Part shown: positions 27,513 through 37,031 of the stretch, in pieces
Layout of the letters: each line of letters begins with the position of its first letter
Numbering within the stretch: position 1 is the first letter of the stretch
Source: a virus
Lineage: Duplodnaviria; Caudoviricetes
Direction: 5' to 3' (one strand)
IMG/VR virus record: IMGVR_UViG_3300048851_000168
Span: 1-63,661 of that record
DNA: 63,661 nt
Program-made: the position numbers and the translations under genes
Notes under the pieces: generated by a model
What the model saw: the letters and a program-made list of their open reading frames with translations, nothing else
Told to the model about the DNA's origin: nothing
Databases searched by the model: none

Positions 27513-28034
27513 ATGGCCGAAATTACCCTTGTTCGCCAGGAACAGGCCGAGATCTCCGAAGAGGATAGGGCGGTGGTCCGCCGCGTCCTTTTCGGGCAGG
27601 TCGACGGCCTGGGCGAGCGCGGGAAGAAGCAATGGCGGCGCCTCTGGAATCGCATCTTCAAGATGCAGCCCGGCGAGATGATCGACCTGAAAACGCACCA
27701 GGAGCGCATCGGCTGGTACCACCGCAAGCACATGGCCATGGAGTCGTCGCTTTTCGAGGCGCAGGAGCGTTTCGACGATTTCGATGCATTCCGCGCCTGG
27801 CTGAAGACTGGCAGCGGCTTTGTCGATTGGTATCCGGGCCCGAAGGGAGGGGTGATACCCGTACCGCGGTCCATCAGCTACGCGAAGCTGGAGCAGGCGG
27901 AAATGGAAGAGTTTCACGGACGCGCGGTTGAGTTTTTCCGGACTCCGCACGCGCAAAAGACGATGTGGCCGCACTCGCCGCCGGCCCACGCGTCCGAGGC
28001 GATGGAGGCGGTGCTGCGCGAGTTTGGCGAATAA
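27513..28034 (+). CDS. DUF1367-like protein
   Basis: FDAFRAWLK..G..PRSISYAKL..EEF. Confidence 0.75.
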   Translation: MAEITLVRQEQAEISEEDRAVVRRVLFGQVDGLGERGKKQWRRLWNRIFKMQPGEMIDLKTHQERIGWYHRKHMAMESSLFEAQERFDDFDAFRAWLKTGSGFVDWYPGPKGGVIPVPRSISYAKLEQAEMEEFHGRAVEFFRTPHAQKTMWPHSPPAHASEAMEAVLREFGE

Positions 28035-28048
28035 CCCAAAGGACTGGA

Positions 28049-28912
28049 ATGGCAAAGAACTCAGTCGACGCCTATGGCGCGTCGGGAAAAACCAACCTGC
28101 TGTATTTCGATCCCGAAGCACTGCTGCTGGTGATCGATGAAACGTCGCCGCTTTACGATCCGCGTGTGCATCTGCCGGTGGATGAGAATCTCGCTAGGAA
28201 CATCGATTACCAGGGGGTGTTGCAGGCCATCTCCGTGAGCAAGAACCCGGAGACCGGCAAGACTGAGGTAGCCGTAGGGCGCCAGCGCGTGAAAGCCGCT
28301 CGGCTGGCTAACGAGTGGCGTCGTGCGCGTGGCGTGCCTCCGGTACAAGTCCCTGGAGTTGTGTATCAAGGGAAACGTCAAGACGCCCTGGACGCGATCG
28401 TCAGCGAAAACGAAGCCCGTAAGGCAGATTCGCCGCTGGGCCGTGCCGAGAAGATGCGTCGGCACATGGCGCTCGGTCGGGGCGAAGACCAGATCGCCGT
28501 CATCTACAGCTGCTCGGTTGCAACTGTGCGCAGCACGCTCGCCCTGCTGGACTGCACGCAAGCCGTTCAACAGGCCGTAGAGTCCGGCAAGGTAAGCGTC
28601 ACCCAGGCCAAAGCCCTTTCGAAGCTTGAACCCTCAGTGCAGCGGGAGAAGGTCAAGGATCTGGTGGCGGCCGGCGAGGGCGCCAAGCCGCACGAGCGCG
28701 CGCGCCGGCAGGCCCAGGTGCTGGGCACCGGCCCGCGCATGAAGTCCCGCAAGGAGATCCAGAAGCGCCTCGAAGGCGCGCATGGGCATTACCGTGACGC
28801 CCTGGCTTGGGTTCTCGGCCTGGACGCTCGCAATGAGCTGCCCGGTGCCGATGCAGCGAAGGATGCGTTGTCGAGCTTCGACGCGCAGATTGCCGAGGTC
28901 GCTGCAGCATGA
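28049..28912 (+). CDS. ParB-like protein
   Basis: MAKNSVDAYGASGKTN, VGRQRVKA, SENEAR, HTH. Confidence 0.8.
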   Translation: MAKNSVDAYGASGKTNLLYFDPEALLLVIDETSPLYDPRVHLPVDENLARNIDYQGVLQAISVSKNPETGKTEVAVGRQRVKAARLANEWRRARGVPPVQVPGVVYQGKRQDALDAIVSENEARKADSPLGRAEKMRRHMALGRGEDQIAVIYSCSVATVRSTLALLDCTQAVQQAVESGKVSVTQAKALSKLEPSVQREKVKDLVAAGEGAKPHERARRQAQVLGTGPRMKSRKEIQKRLEGAHGHYRDALAWVLGLDARNELPGADAAKDALSSFDAQIAEVAAA

Positions 28913-29421
28913 TGCGACGTTCACCTATGGTCCGCAAGACGCCGATGGCGCGCGGCACGGGGTGCCTGGCGCATGCCCGCGCGGGGGCCGCTCGCGGTCC
29001 TGGCCTAGCGCAACGCATCGCCGAGGCGCTGGGGCTGGCGGTTAAAGCCGAACGTCGTGGGCCGTCCGTTTTCCGGAGCCGGGCTCACCGGATGAATGTG
29101 GCTGGCCTGGACTGCATATGCTGCGGTCGTGTGGGGCGATCCCAGGCTGCGCATCTGAACTTGGTCGCTCTGGGCAAAGGGAAGGGCCTGAAAGTGTCCG
29201 ACGCCCTCCTGGTGCCGCTGTGCTGCGACGAGCCCGGTCGCCACGGGTGCCATCACCAACTGGATCAGGGCGGCGTCTACGGCAAGGCAACCTCGACAGC
29301 CCTTCAGATTCTCTGGCTGCACGAAACGCGCGACCTGCTGACGGCCCGCGGGCAATGGCTCGAAGCTGCCGAGGCTGACATGGTTCGGCTCGTGGGCGCA
29401 TACCTCGCAAGAGCGGCATGA
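28909..29421 (+). CDS. Zn-binding nuclease-like protein (DUF968/Ref-like)
   Basis: CICC..AAH..KGKGLKVSD..PLC..CH. Confidence 0.7.
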   Translation: MMRRSPMVRKTPMARGTGCLAHARAGAARGPGLAQRIAEALGLAVKAERRGPSVFRSRAHRMNVAGLDCICCGRVGRSQAAHLNLVALGKGKGLKVSDALLVPLCCDEPGRHGCHHQLDQGGVYGKATSTALQILWLHETRDLLTARGQWLEAAEADMVRLVGAYLARAA

Positions 29422-29465
29422 GTGAGTCAACTGTGAATCCTCATAGCCGCATCCATCGCGCCGGT

Positions 29466-29750
29466 TTATTCAGCAGCCACTTTTCTAGAAACTTTTTTGG
29501 TGACTTTGCGCGCCGCTTTCTTCACAGCGGTGCCCGATTTCCCACTCTCATCCTTCATCTTTTGAATGAAGTTCGGAATGCTGAGCTTGATTCCATTCTC
29601 GACTTTGGTTCTTCCTTCACACCAAATGATGTTGGATTTGTTGATTACCAAGTCGCCGATGAAATTCCCGCTCGGATCGCGGATTTCGAGCTCGATTCCC
29701 TTGTTCTTAAGCTCGATCTCGGCCGCCAATTCCTTAATTTTGACTTGCAT
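29466..29750 (-). CDS. AT-rich antisense moron protein with Lys-rich tail
   Basis: GAGG RBS; MQVKIKEL..KKAARKVTKKVSRK. Confidence 0.75.
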   Translation of the reverse strand: MQVKIKELAAEIELKNKGIELEIRDPSGNFIGDLVINKSNIIWCEGRTKVENGIKLSIPNFIQKMKDESGKSGTAVKKAARKVTKKVSRKVAAE

Positions 29751-29905
29751 ATTTTCCTCGTTAGTAATTTTGCCAAAAGGCAACGGATAGTACAGCAGAG
29801 GGGCGGAGCTAAGGCGACGTGGGCTCAGTGTCGATCATGCGGCACTGAGCGGGGACGGTACCTGCATTCGTCGTTTCGGCCCATGCAGGAATGGGAGCGT
29901 TGGGC

Positions 29906-31075
29906 ATGAAGCGACCATCGTTCCAGTTCTACCCTTTCGACTGGACGGGAAATAGCAACCTGCGCCGCTGCTCCCACGCTGCAAAGGGTGCCTGGATAGA
30001 CGTCATGTGCCTGATGCACGACCAGGACGAATATGGCGTTCTAAGGTGGTCCCTCAAGGAAATTGCGCAGGCAACTGGCTGCCAGGTGATTCACCTAAAG
30101 GAACTCTCGTCCAAGGGCGTGCTCAAGGGGGACGACAGACGGCTCATCGAGGCGTTCATCTACACGCCGCGAAGCGGCCGAAAGAATGGTGAACCGGTCG
30201 AGCTTCTTCCCGCCCAGGACGGTCCGATCTGGTATTCGAGCCGGATGGTCAAGGACGAACACGTACGCAAGCATGCCGGCGCTTCTACCAGATTCGGTGC
30301 TGATGCCCGTGGCCACGATAAACCAGCACCCCAGCCTAAAGCCGAGACTGAACGCGCGAAGCTGCGCGCGAGGATCCTGGAAAAGACCGCTGGCGACTGC
30401 TATCACTGTGCAGCGGCGTTGGGTGAGCGGTGGGAGATCGATCATCTGATGCCCCGAAGCAAGGGGGGCCGGCACACATTCGCGAACATGGTGGCCTCCT
30501 GCGTCTCCTGCAATCAGGATAAATCGGACACCCTGCCGGATGATTGGGATGCACTGCGCCCTTCACCAAGCCGGCGGCATGGTGAAGTGGAGGGTGCCAA
30601 TCAAGGTGACGGCTCTACATCTCCATCTTCACCTACAGATAAAAAGAATTCCGTTCCTGACGGAACGGGCGCTGAAGCGCCGCCAGCCGAGGCGCCGCCT
30701 GATCCGTTGACCCCGAAAGAGGCGCTGTTTCAGGTTGCCGTGCCTTGGTTGGTTGCCAGAGGGATGCGTGATCCGAATGCCCGCTCTCTGCTGGGCGGGG
30801 CGGTCAAGCAACTTGGCGAGGACGAAGCGTGGTTGCTGGCGTCCGAGTGCATTCGAGGGGACGTGTTGGAGCCTGGCGCCTGGATATCCAAGGCTTTGAA
30901 CGAGCGGATTGCCGCTGGCGGCACGTTGTCGCGCGGAGCCACATCGAAACCCAAGGCGGCCGAACGGCGCGCCGATTGGAATGCGGAAATGGCGGCCACG
31001 ATTGCCGCGGCTACGTCGACCTCTCGACGTGAAATTGACATGGGGACTATCGATGCCACTGGCAACCCAGTTTGA
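29906..31075 (+). CDS. Replication initiator-like protein with internal HNH domain
   Basis: MKRPSFQFYP.DW N-terminus (DUF1376/YdaU-like); CYHC..IDHLMPRSKGG..NMVASCVSCN. Confidence 0.78.
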   Translation: MKRPSFQFYPFDWTGNSNLRRCSHAAKGAWIDVMCLMHDQDEYGVLRWSLKEIAQATGCQVIHLKELSSKGVLKGDDRRLIEAFIYTPRSGRKNGEPVELLPAQDGPIWYSSRMVKDEHVRKHAGASTRFGADARGHDKPAPQPKAETERAKLRARILEKTAGDCYHCAAALGERWEIDHLMPRSKGGRHTFANMVASCVSCNQDKSDTLPDDWDALRPSPSRRHGEVEGANQGDGSTSPSSPTDKKNSVPDGTGAEAPPAEAPPDPLTPKEALFQVAVPWLVARGMRDPNARSLLGGAVKQLGEDEAWLLASECIRGDVLEPGAWISKALNERIAAGGTLSRGATSKPKAAERRADWNAEMAATIAAATSTSRREIDMGTIDATGNPV

Positions 31076-31763
31076 CCCGTCCGTCCCTGCACCGGCTGCC
31101 TGGGTCGCCAGGCTGATCGAGCGGCTGCAGGCCTTGTACGGCGCCAAGTTCGCGCAACAGTGGGAAGGCATCTCGCCTGCACGGCTGAACGAAATATGGG
31201 GCGAAGAGCTTGCCGGTTACGCCGGCGACGAGATCGCGCGCGGACTGCTTGCGTGCCGTACCCGCGTCTTTCCGCCCACGCTTCCGGAATTCTTGCTGCT
31301 TTGCCGCCCTGGGCTAGCGCCGGATGTGGCATTTCAGGACGCCGTCGCCGGCATGGCGGCGCGTCGACGCGGGGAGGTGGGCTATTGGAGCCATCCAGCC
31401 GTGTACTGGGCCGCCGTGGCGGTCGGGCCGCACGATCTACTGCAATGCACGTACGGGACGCTCAGGAGCCGCTGGGAGCGGGCGCTGTCGGACCAGATGG
31501 CGAAGGGTCAGTGGGCACCAGTTCCTGAGCCAGCGCCCGCATTGCCGGCACCAGGGCAGACGTTGGCGACCCGCGAGGAAGCGGCGGCCGCAATGAAACG
31601 GATGGGGGCAGACAAAGTCCTGAGCCAGACCGGGCGCAACCAGCGCGATTGGGCGCACCGAATCTTCGCCGAGCAGGAACGAAAGGGCGGGAAGCGCTCG
31701 TCGATCACGGTCATCGCCATGGCCCGGCGTGCGCTCGATTTACCCACCGAGGTGTTGCCATGA
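31053..31763 (+). CDS. Replication protein P-like (helicase loader position)
   Basis: YGAKFAQQW, FPPTLPEFLLLC, WSHPAVYWAA. Confidence 0.72.
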   Translation: MPLATQFDPSVPAPAAWVARLIERLQALYGAKFAQQWEGISPARLNEIWGEELAGYAGDEIARGLLACRTRVFPPTLPEFLLLCRPGLAPDVAFQDAVAGMAARRRGEVGYWSHPAVYWAAVAVGPHDLLQCTYGTLRSRWERALSDQMAKGQWAPVPEPAPALPAPGQTLATREEAAAAMKRMGADKVLSQTGRNQRDWAHRIFAEQERKGGKRSSITVIAMARRALDLPTEVLP

Positions 31764-32017
31764 CGGTCCGTTGCGTCGCCTGCCAGCTATTCAACCTTCA
31801 GCAATACCCTGGCATGGCGAAAGAGGGCTATGGCCGCTGCGGGCGCGATGTGACACCGCCAGGCCGATTCGAGAGCGCGGTCTTCCCACGGCAATGTCGG
31901 GACTTTCGCCCGGCGCTGCCCGTCGACGTCGAGCGGCGCATCACGTGGATCAGCGCCCAACGCGCGCGCGCCAATGCTGCGCTAGGCATTTCGGCCGCGG
32001 CGGCCAACCCGAATTAA
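31760..32017 (+). CDS. Cys-motif hypothetical protein
   Basis: GAGG RBS, ATGA-coupled; CVAC..C..C. Confidence 0.65.
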   Translation: MTVRCVACQLFNLQQYPGMAKEGYGRCGRDVTPPGRFESAVFPRQCRDFRPALPVDVERRITWISAQRARANAALGISAAAANPN

Positions 32018-32029
32018 GGAGAACGGAAA

Positions 32030-32176
32030 ATGTGGATTAAGCCTCGCGCGCGGCCCATTGGATGCCGCTGGCGCTGCCTTGGCAACGGAAAGATGCGCTT
32101 CGGCGCCACCATGGAAGAAGCATATCGGTCGTGGGCCTATGCCGCCGGTATCCCGATGAAAGGGGAGTGGGCATGA
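32030..32176 (+). CDS. 48-aa hypothetical protein
   Basis: AAGGAG RBS; stop overlaps the next ATG. Confidence 0.55.
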   Translation: MWIKPRARPIGCRWRCLGNGKMRFGATMEEAYRSWAYAAGIPMKGEWA

Positions 32177-32925
32177 CCAGAATCCAGACCTTCGAGCGGA
32201 ACGAACTCGGCCGGGACTTCGCCGTAGGCGACATTCACGGGTATTTCACGCGGCTAAGCGCCGCACTGCAGCTGGTCGCCTTTAACCCTGAGGTGGACAG
32301 GCTGTTCTCGGTGGGTGACCTAATCGACCGCGGGCCCGAGTGCGAGGACGTGCTGAACTGGCTCCGCCAGCCATGGTTCCATGCCGTGATGGGGAATCAC
32401 GACGACATGGCTGTACGTTGGGTCCGGAATGGCAAGATGGTGGGCGACAACTGGCGCTCCCACGGAGGAGGCTGGTTCCTCGACCTGCCGCAGGGCCGCC
32501 AGCGAGAGATTGCGGAGGCGTTTGCCGAGCTGCCGAACGCCATTGAGGTCGAAACGACAGCTGGTACGGTGGGCATCGTCCACGCAGATTGCCCGTCGGA
32601 CAGCTGGCTGGATCTGCGCGCCGGCCTGCAGGATGGCGGTCGGCGAAGCGTCCTAATGTCGTATGCGGACCGCTGCATGTGGTCGCGCGATCGCTTCGAC
32701 GCCAGGGATCACCGCGGCGTGGCCGACATACGGGCAGTCGTTGTGGGCCATACGCCGTCTGACGCCCCCGTGATACTGGGGAATGTCTACCACATCGACA
32801 CCGGCGGGTGGCTGCCCCAGGGGCGTTTCACATTGCTGGATCTGGCACGACTGATCCCAGCTCCGTACAACACCCCAAATTTGAACTGGGACGCTGAGCC
32901 ATCAGTCGCCGGAGTTGCAACATGA
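32173..32925 (+). CDS. ninI: NinI-like Ser/Thr metallophosphatase
   Basis: GDIHG, GDLIDRG, GNHD, GHTP, IDTG. Confidence 0.92.
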   Translation: MTRIQTFERNELGRDFAVGDIHGYFTRLSAALQLVAFNPEVDRLFSVGDLIDRGPECEDVLNWLRQPWFHAVMGNHDDMAVRWVRNGKMVGDNWRSHGGGWFLDLPQGRQREIAEAFAELPNAIEVETTAGTVGIVHADCPSDSWLDLRAGLQDGGRRSVLMSYADRCMWSRDRFDARDHRGVADIRAVVVGHTPSDAPVILGNVYHIDTGGWLPQGRFTLLDLARLIPAPYNTPNLNWDAEPSVAGVAT

Positions 32926-33176
32926 GCGCGGGCCGCCAAGACATCAACACCGTCCGGCGCGACAGCCGGGCAGCGGCAGCGAAGGCTCTGACGGTGCAGC
33001 GAGAGGCGACCGCAGCTGCGTATGCCCCATCCGCCATCCGAGACGTCGGAGGATCCGCGCCGCTCAAACCGTACAGCCTACCTCCGGCGCTTGCCCGAGC
33101 CGGCGCGCGTGCCGCCGATGTCCAGCCTCCATTTTTTTCACCGACCAGCCAATCTCACCACGGGAAACGGGGATGA
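32922..33176 (+). CDS. Hypothetical protein
   Basis: ATGA-coupled at both ends. Confidence 0.5.
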   Translation: MSAGRQDINTVRRDSRAAAAKALTVQREATAAAYAPSAIRDVGGSAPLKPYSLPPALARAGARAADVQPPFFSPTSQSHHGKRG

Positions 33177-33817
33177 ACACGACCGCAATAACGCTGGCGG
33201 GCGGCTCGACCGCGACGCCGCAGAACTACGAAGCGCCGCTATTCTCCAGCGCGCATGCCGCTCTGACATTCGCCTATAACCATTCTGGCCAGGTCTACGA
33301 CCGACCAGCCATGGCTCGCGCGGCTCAGCGAAATACCTCCTCTGGGAAGGGGCTTGGCGGCGTTGCAGGTGCCGCACAGGCCGGGATGATCTTGAGGGCA
33401 GTGCAGGATCTGCCGAGGCTGCACCAGGCCATCCTGCGCGCTCGTTTTGGTGGTAGAGGGGCAAAGTGCCCGCACTGCAACGCAGATGCTGATGACTCTG
33501 ACTGGCTTGCCGCTGTGCGCGAAATATCTGATGCGGCGGTTGCCAGCGCGATGTCATCGCACCTGACGAACCGAAAACTGCGCGACGGCATCATTGCCAG
33601 GTACTTTGGCAAGAAGGTGCTTCTTTCGGCTGCCGCCAGGGCAGCCGAGGTCAGTGATGCCACGGCGAGCCAACACAACGGGATGATCATCGGCTGGCTG
33701 AGAGGCACGCGCACGACCAAGGAACAGGGCGGCGATCGGAGCGATGGAAAGAAGGGGCAGGAGCAAATTGCGATGGAAGCAATCACCGATTTGCTGGCTG
33801 GAAAAGGGCTCTTCTAA
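33173..33817 (+). CDS. Late-gene activator / antiterminator Q-like protein
   Basis: CPHC plus C-terminal HTH; last early gene before a strong promoter-terminator pair. Confidence 0.65.
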   Translation: MNTTAITLAGGSTATPQNYEAPLFSSAHAALTFAYNHSGQVYDRPAMARAAQRNTSSGKGLGGVAGAAQAGMILRAVQDLPRLHQAILRARFGGRGAKCPHCNADADDSDWLAAVREISDAAVASAMSSHLTNRKLRDGIIARYFGKKVLLSAAARAAEVSDATASQHNGMIIGWLRGTRTTKEQGGDRSDGKKGQEQIAMEAITDLLAGKGLF

Positions 33818-33824
33818 CTATTTC

Positions 33825-33853
33825 TTGAAAAACTGAAGTTTTACCCCTAGAAT
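33825..33853 (+). promoter_or_regulatory. Late promoter (pR'-like)
   Basis: TTGAAA-N17-TAGAAT. Confidence 0.75.
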
Positions 33854-33890
33854 CCGGCTTGTTAATTCAAGGTGCATTACTTCGCCCACG

Positions 33891-33922
33891 AAGCCCCGAG
33901 CCAAAACGGCCGGGGCTTTTTT
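33891..33922 (+). terminator. tR'-like terminator
   Basis: AAGCCCCG..CGGGGCTT followed by a T run. Confidence 0.75.
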
Positions 33923-34193
33923 GCGTCCGTTAGATGGTGACGACCATGTAAACGACCAGATTTCCAGCGCAGCAAGGCACGCATCGGCCGCTTCGACCGC
34001 CCAGGTCACAGGCCTACCGTCGCGCCGCTGCCCGGACCAGCCGGACAGTGTCCGCAACAACCCCGGCTGCGTGCCACGTGACGCCACCTGTTGCCTCCTT
34101 GCAGGGAAATGCGCGGCGGGGGCACGTGCGGTTTATGGTGCTATTCATCGACCCGCGCAAAGAAGCGCCGAGCCATTGGCCGGGGCTTTTGCT

Positions 34194-34877
34194 TTAATGC
34201 AACGCAAATTGCGCCAATCTCCAAAGGCATACGACGATCGCCGCCCCCGCAAAAAACAAAGGATAGGAAATATCCTGGTAGGCCTGAGATTTCCAATTGG
34301 TCATCAGATCGGAAGCAAGTTCGATGCGGCGTAGAGCCCAACGGGAGACTTGGTATGTGAAGCTTGCCGATGAATTTCGCATGCCAGAACTAGCTTGAAC
34401 CATGTAGCCAAATGAACTGTCCTTGCCGATGTTGGCAAGTTCTGGGGGAGCCTTAAGCGCTCCCGCGGCGTCCTGTGGAGAGAAATATAGATCAGCGTCC
34501 TTCCACCTCGCGCCCGTGAGCGTCTCTGGAAGTCGGACAATGAATTGGAAGCCTCTTGTGGAGGATCCTGCTAGGTGCTCCCTTAGCGCGCCAAGCAGTC
34601 GGCGCCGGAAGGCTTCATCTGCCGCTGCGGTTCGCTGCTTCTTAGCCTTGGCCCTCTGTTGCGTAAATTCGTCGTCGGTGTAGAAGCGCCACACTTGATA
34701 GTCGAGAATTAGCAGCACCACCATCCAGACCTTCCAGGGTGGCGCTATCCGGGCATCCAGGTGGAGCTCGTTTATTGCCAAAGCTGGCATCTTTAATCCC
34801 AGGAAGGCTGCAATCAGCACGGCCACGGACGTCACCATGAGGTTGCGCCGTTTCTTGTTCCCATCCTCTTCCACCAT
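34194..34877 (-). CDS. Antisense moron membrane protein
   Basis: GGAG RBS; about three hydrophobic segments; lower GC. Confidence 0.75.
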   Translation of the reverse strand: MVEEDGNKKRRNLMVTSVAVLIAAFLGLKMPALAINELHLDARIAPPWKVWMVVLLILDYQVWRFYTDDEFTQQRAKAKKQRTAAADEAFRRRLLGALREHLAGSSTRGFQFIVRLPETLTGARWKDADLYFSPQDAAGALKAPPELANIGKDSSFGYMVQASSGMRNSSASFTYQVSRWALRRIELASDLMTNWKSQAYQDISYPLFFAGAAIVVCLWRLAQFALH

Positions 34878-35294
34878 CGTCTCCTCTCCGCGAAAAAGCG
34901 GATCGTAACCCTTCTTCCACCGGCCTGCCGCCTCGCCATCCCCGCTGAAACGGGTTCATCCTCCCTGGGTGCATGGGGAAGGTTGGAGGCGGCAGGCCAG
35001 TGGATGCAGATTCCACATGAATGGTGACTAGGGTCGGTTGAAGTCCGGCGGAGAGAGCGCGGCATTAGGCCGTTCACCGCAATCCGAGCGGGATAGTCGC
35101 CATTCACGTGGGAGCAGCCGCCGCAATCGACCAGTACGGCGAGATACAGGCCCGTAGTCGGGAATCCGCCATAGGGAAATCGTTCCCACGATGCTGGCTC
35201 CGACCGGCGCCGCCATGATCACAGCCGACCTGGCAGATTAACTCTGCATGGATAGGCTCCATGCGTGGCCCCACACCCATTTTCAGGACCATCC

Positions 35295-35615
35295 ATGGCC
35301 AAGCAATCCCAGCCGTTCCAGAACGGTACCGCGACGATCGACGTCGGCGCCGAGGCGACCCTGTCCTGGCACGAGGTCGCGCTGACCTTCCAGATGGCGG
35401 ACGGCACGCCCTACCTCGGCACCATGGCCGGGTCTGCCACGATCGAAGCCATGGGCGCGTTTGCTGACGTCTGGGAGCCAGGCGCCAACCCACTGGACCT
35501 GACCACGGAGCGCCGCTGGGCGCCGTTCCTATCCGGGGTGAGGGGAATCCGTATCACCGTGACCGGCGCCCCGACGGATGCCTATTGCGTGGCCACCGTG
35601 GCGAGTTCCTGGTGA
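35295..35615 (+). CDS. Beta-rich hypothetical late protein
   Basis: AGGA RBS before MAKQSQ. Confidence 0.65.
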   Translation: MAKQSQPFQNGTATIDVGAEATLSWHEVALTFQMADGTPYLGTMAGSATIEAMGAFADVWEPGANPLDLTTERRWAPFLSGVRGIRITVTGAPTDAYCVATVASSW

Positions 35616-35622
35616 GGCCGGC

Positions 35623-36411
35623 ATGTCGGTAGATACAGGATTCAACAACCCCGCGACGGGGTTTGGCGCCAGCCAGACGACCTCGGGCGGCGCGCCGGTT
35701 GAGGATGGTCAAGCCGTCACGGTGAAGCCTGCGAACGACCTCTCGCCTACCTACCAGGGCACGGCGGACGTTCAGGACGACGCAGTCACTGTCACGCTGC
35801 CGGCTACGGTCGCCATGGTCGCGGCCAATAGCACCGTGGCCTTGGCCACCAGCGGGGGCTCGGGCGCCGGCAACGGCACGGCCTTCGTCAACCAGGGCGC
35901 GCTGACCGATGTCCGGTTCCCCGCCGGCAATACGCTGGTCACCGACGGCAACAGTCTGCCGCTGTCAAAGGAAGACAACACCGGCCTACTGGCCATGGTC
36001 ACCGCTCATGTGGCCAGCGACGTCTTTCAGAACGTGGCGCTGCCGCATAACTACGCCGTCCTGGAAGACCAGGGCGATAGCGTGGCCGTCAACCAGTACG
36101 ACGACACCGGTGACGTGGCCATGACGATCGCCGTGGCCAACAACACGCCGACGTTCACCCTGGCAAACGCCACGACGCGCATTGTGTTCGATGCGCTTCC
36201 GGTTGATGTGAAGACCGCCGGCGGCACGACCGCGGCGAGCGGCACCATAGGAGTCAACCAAGGCGCTCTGACGGGTATTTCCCTGCCTGCGAACTACGCA
36301 GTTGTCCAGGACGCCACGGACCTTACCGTCCCAGTGACCGGCACCTACACCACGAAGATCACCCCCGCGGTGGATGCCGATGGCGCCATCACTGGTTTCA
36401 CCCTGACCTAA
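35623..36411 (+). CDS. Thr/Val-rich repeat protein, possibly virion-associated
   Basis: Repeats VNQGALT..P and LP.NYAV. Confidence 0.7.
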   Translation: MSVDTGFNNPATGFGASQTTSGGAPVEDGQAVTVKPANDLSPTYQGTADVQDDAVTVTLPATVAMVAANSTVALATSGGSGAGNGTAFVNQGALTDVRFPAGNTLVTDGNSLPLSKEDNTGLLAMVTAHVASDVFQNVALPHNYAVLEDQGDSVAVNQYDDTGDVAMTIAVANNTPTFTLANATTRIVFDALPVDVKTAGGTTAASGTIGVNQGALTGISLPANYAVVQDATDLTVPVTGTYTTKITPAVDADGAITGFTLT

Positions 36412-36413
36412 GC

Positions 36414-37031
36414 ATGACCGATCCAAAGAAGCCAGCTCCGGACTGGGAGCGCATCGAAGCGGATTACCGTGCCGGGTTGCTGTCGGTTCGGGAAATTGCC
36501 GCTGCGCAAAGCATTTCCCATACCGCTATCCAGAAGCGCGCCAAGGCACAGGGATGGGAGCGAGACCTTACTGCCCGGATCAAGGCCAAGGCGGATTCCC
36601 TGGTTGCCAAACGGGAGGTTGCCAGCCAAGTTGCCACGGAACACCGGGCGGCAACCGACGCGGTGATCGTCGAGGCGAATGCTGAGGTTATCGCCCGTAT
36701 CCGCCTAGCGCACCGTAGCGATATCGCCAAGTCTCGGCGACTTGCCATGTCGTTGCTGGAAGAGCTGGAAGTGGAAACCGGCAACCTGGAACTGTTCGAG
36801 CAGCTGGGTGAAATGCTGCGGTCCGAGGACAAGAGCGGGGCCGACAGGCGCAACGATCTGTACCGCAAGGTCATATCGAGCGCGGGCCGCGTGGACAGCA
36901 TGAAGAAGCTGGCCGAGACCCTGAAGACTTTGGTGGGCCTGGAACGCGAAGCATACGGACTGGCTGTTGACCAGGGCGGCGAGCCGGGCGCCGTGCCCAC
37001 GGGGTTGTCACACTTCTATGGAGAGTCATAA
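36414..37031 (+). CDS. terS: Terminase small subunit
   Basis: PDWERIEADYRAGLLSVREIA..W.RDL; overlaps terL. Confidence 0.85.
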   Translation: MTDPKKPAPDWERIEADYRAGLLSVREIAAAQSISHTAIQKRAKAQGWERDLTARIKAKADSLVAKREVASQVATEHRAATDAVIVEANAEVIARIRLAHRSDIAKSRRLAMSLLEELEVETGNLELFEQLGEMLRSEDKSGADRRNDLYRKVISSAGRVDSMKKLAETLKTLVGLEREAYGLAVDQGGEPGAVPTGLSHFYGES

